A stretch of 64,000 nt of DNA from NCBI GenBank assembly GCA_043819555.1, contig JBDREQ010000063.1, forward strand, positions 64,001-128,000, in the 5' to 3' direction. Source of the DNA: Candidatus Zixiibacteriota bacterium. GTDB taxonomy: Bacteria; Zixibacteria; MSB-5A5; GN15; JAAZOE01. Below, piece by piece: positions 59,834-64,000 of the stretch. Made by a program: the position numbers and the translations under genes. Numbering within the stretch: the stretch's first letter is position 1; every line of letters starts with the position of its first letter. Under the pieces are notes generated by a model that was not told the DNA's origin, did no database searches, and saw only the letters and a list, made by a program, of their open reading frames with translations.

Positions 59834-59871
59834 AGGGGAACTAATATAGAAAGTATCAGACCGATTGGCAA

Positions 59872-61065
59872 TCACTCATAGAGCAACATTTCGATTATTT
59901 TATCAGCCAACAGAAAGCCGGAATCAGTCAAGCACAAACGATTGTCCTCAATCTCAAGAAAGCCGTCGTTTATAAAAGCGGCGGCTATTTTCCCTTCAAG
60001 TAATTCCAGAGCCCGCTCACCAAATTCCCTCAATAGTTTTTTCTTATCAATTCCAGGATTCGTGCGCAATGACAGCATAACTGTTTCGGTAAATTTCTGC
60101 TCCCGACTGAGATTCTCGATTCCCGCAATGGGGAAACGCCCTTCCTCAATCATATTGAGATACGAATCGATATCTGATACATTATGGTATCGGTGATTAT
60201 TGATATATCCATGCGCGGCCGGACCGAGTCCAATGTATGGAGAGCCATCCCAGTAAGATATATTTTGACGGCACCGGAACTCTTCGGGAGCGAAATTTGA
60301 TACTTCGTAACGCGCGTATTTTCTATCCATCAAAATATGCGAACCCAATCTGTACATTTGAGCCTGTTTATCTTCGCCGGGCAAAACGAGTTTTCCCGAT
60401 TTTATTTTCCTCTCAAGAGCTGTTCCCGGTTCCACCGTCAATTGATAAAATGAAATATGGTTGGGTTCCAGCGCCAGCACGCGGTCGATATCGCCGCGTA
60501 ATTTCTTCATTGTCTGACCGGGGAGGCCAAATATTAAGTCAGCTCCGATATTTTTATATCCGGCCATGCGGGCGTTATAAAACGCCTGATAAATATTCTT
60601 TGAATTTTGAGACCGGCCTAATTTCTTAAGAGATTTTTCATCAAATGACTGAATACCTATTATTATTCTATTCGCCCCAAGCCTAAATGTCTTTTCCGCA
60701 AAAGCAGCAGTCAAGGATTCGGGGTTGGTTTCGATGCTGAATTCAAATCCGGATGAAAAAGTACAAAATCCGCCGACCAATGATATCCATTTTTCAAGAA
60801 ATTGAGTATCGAAAAGCGTCGGTGTCCCGCCTCCGATATAAATTGATGAAATCTCCACCGGTTCCTGCTCAAATGCCGATAAAACCATTTCTGTTTCTCG
60901 AAGTAACGCCCGGTAATACCGCTGCGCCAGTTCATCCGAGTATTTAACTTTAAAAAAATCGCAATAGTCGCAGAGATTATCGCAAAAAGGAAAATGGACG
61001 TAGAGGGCCAGAGGCCCCGGATACGGTTTGAAAACTGAATTAATCGAGAGACCCGAGGCGGTCAA
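59872..61065 (-). CDS. hemW: Radical SAM heme chaperone HemW (HemN-like)
   Basis: LYVHFPFCDNLCDYCDF, IYIGGGTPT, DLIFGLPGQT, YEVSNFA; start uncertain, TTG at 61065 assumed. Confidence 0.88.
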   Translation of the reverse strand: MTASGLSINSVFKPYPGPLALYVHFPFCDNLCDYCDFFKVKYSDELAQRYYRALLRETEMVLSAFEQEPVEISSIYIGGGTPTLFDTQFLEKWISLVGGFCTFSSGFEFSIETNPESLTAAFAEKTFRLGANRIIIGIQSFDEKSLKKLGRSQNSKNIYQAFYNARMAGYKNIGADLIFGLPGQTMKKLRGDIDRVLALEPNHISFYQLTVEPGTALERKIKSGKLVLPGEDKQAQMYRLGSHILMDRKYARYEVSNFAPEEFRCRQNISYWDGSPYIGLGPAAHGYINNHRYHNVSDIDSYLNMIEEGRFPIAGIENLSREQKFTETVMLSLRTNPGIDKKKLLREFGERALELLEGKIAAAFINDGFLEIEDNRLCLTDSGFLLADKIIEMLLYE

Positions 61066-61849
61066 GGCGCATACGGGTGGGGAAAGTTTTGAGATTGTGC
61101 CAGATAATTTCGAAAGTTTCGCCGATGTACGGCGCTTTCCATTCCGGTGAGCTGGGATCGGGTGCATATGAGAAATATACGAAAACTGCCTTGCCTTTGA
61201 TATACCTTTTATCGAGACAGCCCCAGAAACGGCTATCCTGACTGTCGTCGCGGTTGTCGCCGAGAACAAACACTTGATTGGCGGGGACCATCATCGGGCC
61301 AAAATTGTCGCGGTTGGACAACACCGAGGGGAATATTCGATAATCAATATGCTTAGACATTGGCGGTATCGGAGCCACCTGACCGTCAACATATAGAACC
61401 TTGTCGATTATCTCAACCGTTTGGCCTTCAACAGCGGCGATTCTCTTGATAAAATCTTTGGATTCCTCAAACGGATTTTCAAACACAATAATATCACTCG
61501 CCTGAGGGGGCGACCAGTTGTAGGCCAGTTTATTGACGAAAATAAAGTCGCCCTCGGTCAGGGTCTCTTCCATTGAACCTGATGATACGCGGTAAGCCGA
61601 TACAATGAAAACCCTCAGGATCAAAGCCGCCAGAAGAGCTATTGCTATCGTTTCAACGTACTGCCGCCATATTGGTTTTTCGATTCTGGTCTTTTTGCCT
61701 GACCGCTGAGGAGTGACTTCCCGCCGGCGCAAAAACTCGCCGGTTTCATAACCGGCATCATATCTGGTATCATTCCCGTTTTTATATCCGGTTTCCTGAC
61801 CATTATCAAGGCCGGATTTATTCCCGTATTGTGTTTCATTAAAATCCAT
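61040..61849 (-). CDS. lepB: Signal peptidase I
   Basis: SGSMEETL, DFIKR, GDNRDDSQDSRFWG. Confidence 0.95.
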   Translation of the reverse strand: MDFNETQYGNKSGLDNGQETGYKNGNDTRYDAGYETGEFLRRREVTPQRSGKKTRIEKPIWRQYVETIAIALLAALILRVFIVSAYRVSSGSMEETLTEGDFIFVNKLAYNWSPPQASDIIVFENPFEESKDFIKRIAAVEGQTVEIIDKVLYVDGQVAPIPPMSKHIDYRIFPSVLSNRDNFGPMMVPANQVFVLGDNRDDSQDSRFWGCLDKRYIKGKAVFVYFSYAPDPSSPEWKAPYIGETFEIIWHNLKTFPTRMRLDRLGSLD

Positions 61850-61909
61850 ATATGAATGTTATCGGAAAGAGAGCTACAAAGCTTAGGGCTCTAACAATCT
61901 ATTTAAACT

Positions 61910-61932
61910 AAAAAAGCCGCCCGAGGGCGGCC
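61910..61932 (-). terminator. Intrinsic terminator
   Basis: GCCGCCC-(C)TCG-GGCGGC hairpin followed by TTTTT on the minus strand. Confidence 0.7.
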
Positions 61933-61951
61933 ATGAATTTTTTTGGACCAT

Positions 61952-62740
61952 TTATTTTTGCTGTTTATTCTGCCAGTCTTTTTCCATTTTTCTAAGGGCT
62001 GAGAATCGGAGCAGAATATCTTTTTTTTCGTTTTCAAGTTTATCGAGGTACTCCTGCAATTTTTCCGGCGTCAGACCCAAATCGCTTTTCTGTTCTTCGG
62101 TCAGACTGTTGATGCGTTCCTTTTCATCCATTAGTTCTTTATACTGAATCTCATCGGCGGCATGATTGCCGGGAAACCACTGGCTATGATTCAAATCGCG
62201 AATGATGTTTTCCCGCGTTACCATGCCCGCTCCGGGGATCTGGTAATGCACTCCGCGCGGGGAATATATTTCCCAGACAACGCCGCGCTTGCCGAATTTT
62301 GGAATCACGCCAAAATAAACGAGTCGTAACGAATCAGACATGATGCTGTGCTGTTTTCTGGCTTTTACGATTACCGAATCGGGATTATAATGATGATAGC
62401 TGAATTTGCCGTCATGCATCGCGTAATACGGCGGCGACATCTTCCCGATCGACAATAGAACCGATTGACCGGTTTTTTGATTGACTTCAATTTCGGCCTG
62501 AAAGAACCCATCCTTCAGGAAATACAAAAGATAGAAGTCGTCTCGGCGCATTGATTTCGAATGAACCGGAAGGATGATAATCGTATCATAATCGATGCGG
62601 TAATGATAAGATTGGTCCGTCAGGTTTTTGATATCTTCTTTGCCGATTTTAAGCGCTTTATTAAGCGACACATCCGCGGCCGCCATTCCCGAGACGCCCA
62701 GCGCAATAATAAATAAAACGAATACTTTAGCGGTTTGCAT
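61952..62740 (-). CDS. Hypothetical exported protein
   Basis: Signal peptide ending AAA; coiled-coil-like C-terminus. Confidence 0.65.
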   Translation of the reverse strand: MQTAKVFVLFIIALGVSGMAAADVSLNKALKIGKEDIKNLTDQSYHYRIDYDTIIILPVHSKSMRRDDFYLLYFLKDGFFQAEIEVNQKTGQSVLLSIGKMSPPYYAMHDGKFSYHHYNPDSVIVKARKQHSIMSDSLRLVYFGVIPKFGKRGVVWEIYSPRGVHYQIPGAGMVTRENIIRDLNHSQWFPGNHAADEIQYKELMDEKERINSLTEEQKSDLGLTPEKLQEYLDKLENEKKDILLRFSALRKMEKDWQNKQQK

Positions 62741-63305
62741 CTTTTGCCTTTTCAATATCGGTCAATCGTCCGCTCGCTTTTTTGAATGAAATATTTTTAA
62801 GCTGCGGATCCGACTGCATTCCTTCTTTGCTTGTCAGAGTATCGCCCCCCGGTCGGATAATAGTTACAAAACTATCGGTCACAACCGAGTCTTTCTTGCC
62901 GTCCCATTCGAGATATTCCGTCAGGAGAGTCACCGAATCCTCGCCAATTAGAACAACCGCGCCGTTGACTGCCAAAAAATTATCATCCTGGCGAATGTAG
63001 CCTTGATTGGAAGTTAATGTTGATAACCTTTGCCCTAAAGAATCATAAAATTCGGCGTGCAGGTTTATGGCGATGGTCGAATCGCGCTGAGTAAACTGCC
63101 GAATCTCATCGGCGAGCAGATCGGTTGTCTTATAGCCCTTCTTGTATAGATAAATATGGGCGTTTGACGTAACCTGGTCGGGCTGAATTGAATCGATCAG
63201 GGTGATTGAGGATTGAGGCGGACGGGTAGTTTCCTCACCGCAGGCCATCATCAAACTGCAGGCTATAATCATGGAGAAAAAAATAATTTTTCCAGATAAC
63301 TTCAC
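62727..63305 (-). CDS. lptC: LPS export periplasmic protein LptC-like
   Basis: Lipoprotein-like N-terminus; FYDSLG...LTS..G, TLLTEYLEWD, VTDSFVTI beta-jellyroll pattern. Confidence 0.7.
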   Translation of the reverse strand: MKLSGKIIFFSMIIACSLMMACGEETTRPPQSSITLIDSIQPDQVTSNAHIYLYKKGYKTTDLLADEIRQFTQRDSTIAINLHAEFYDSLGQRLSTLTSNQGYIRQDDNFLAVNGAVVLIGEDSVTLLTEYLEWDGKKDSVVTDSFVTIIRPGGDTLTSKEGMQSDPQLKNISFKKASGRLTDIEKAKDANR

Positions 63306-63608
63306 GTTAATACCTCATTTATTTCTATCGACAAAATTATCACCGATATTCATCGATACTCTGATATGTTTTACAATTGTCCAGACCAGAAGATAACCAA
63401 TCTTTGAAAAATATCAACCGCCGCACTTCTGAAAATTGGGAAGATTTCGCCGCAAGCAGGCTTCACAATTCTGGTATTTTTATCGTTTGTGGAAATTTGC
63501 CGCGCACAAGGTGCGAAGTTGACTCCGCCGAATAATCCATCGTAAGCCCGCCCGATAGTTTCTATAGCATAAGTTGTTTAAGGTTTTGAATTGGCTGAGA
63601 TACAAATT

Positions 63609-64000
63609 TCAAGTGTTAGCTTTTTTTGCAGAGGGTACCACTTGTGTCCTCGACCAGGAATCATGCCAACCTTTACCCTGAGAAGAAAAGAGAATAGACA
63701 AAGGCTCTATTGGAATAAAACGAACGAGTGTGCGAATCGCGACTTGCCCAAAGCTTGGTTTCTGTCCATTGGCAGATAACACCTCAGTATGTGTGATGGC
63801 TTTCCCGATTGTACGACCAAAGAAATATTCGCACACAAGATAATAGGCAACGATTGTCAAAATGACTTGAGCTTTGGAATTCACAAAATGTGCACGCAGG
63901 AGAGTGAATGCCATATCTATCAGGATCGAAAGCACCAATGCAGCCACCATATCGACGAACCCGTTTGTTAACCGACGCCACTTTGAAACGGTCCCGGATG
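63609..64000 (-). CDS. RDD family protein, 5' end outside the window
   Basis: FGRTIGK, IRTLVRFIP.E, GWHDSWS.T.VV; N-terminal RR...FVD motif appears near the window edge. Confidence 0.8.
   Translation of the reverse strand, partial: SGTVSKWRRLTNGFVDMVAALVLSILIDMAFTLLRAHFVNSKAQVILTIVAYYLVCEYFFGRTIGKAITHTEVLSANGQKPSFGQVAIRTLVRFIPIEPLSILFSSQGKGWHDSWSRTQVVPSAKKANT

Noticed and set aside
61066..61269. Long N-terminal extension of hemW in the ORF track
   Set aside because: Overlaps the lepB coding region and has no HemW-like sequence; true start is likely near 61065
63310..63605. Intergenic region with short hairpins as a possible ncRNA, tRNA or attC site
   Set aside because: No cloverleaf, SRP/6S signature or attC boxes could be identified by eye

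Overview
Chromosomal origin region of a Gram-negative bacterium, probably Candidatus Zixiibacteriota. This is inferred from the C-terminal double dockerin-like repeat on a secreted M6 protease, the TonB-dependent receptor, LptC and the gene content. Core genes: dnaA-dnaN flanked by DnaA-box clusters (bipartite oriC), pth-rpsF-rpsR-DUF2232-rplI, recF, hflX, pfkA, glgP, pcrA/uvrD, hemW, lepB and lptC. Best candidate for an undescribed system: a radical SAM/SPASM maturase (21814-23166) followed by two collinear 75-aa paralogous small proteins sharing an S-C-x-x-G-[YF]-M-x-T motif, plus a 49-aa ORF, suggesting a new RiPP or protein-modification system. The ORF track misses two selenoproteins: SelD (Sec21) and a 91-aa CMD/AhpD-like protein with a C-Y-P-U motif and a SECIS-like hairpin. 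Also present: a TPP riboswitch over a TonB receptor plus SSS transporter; an S6:S18 leader; an FNR/HcpR box; an ECF sigma/anti-sigma pair with candidate promoters and a candidate sRNA; a kinase/histidine kinase/REC-GcvH-like module; two AT-rich accessory islets; and a REP-like palindrome. No rRNA, tRNA or CRISPR array was recognised. All family assignments are from motif recognition by eye; no database searches were run.
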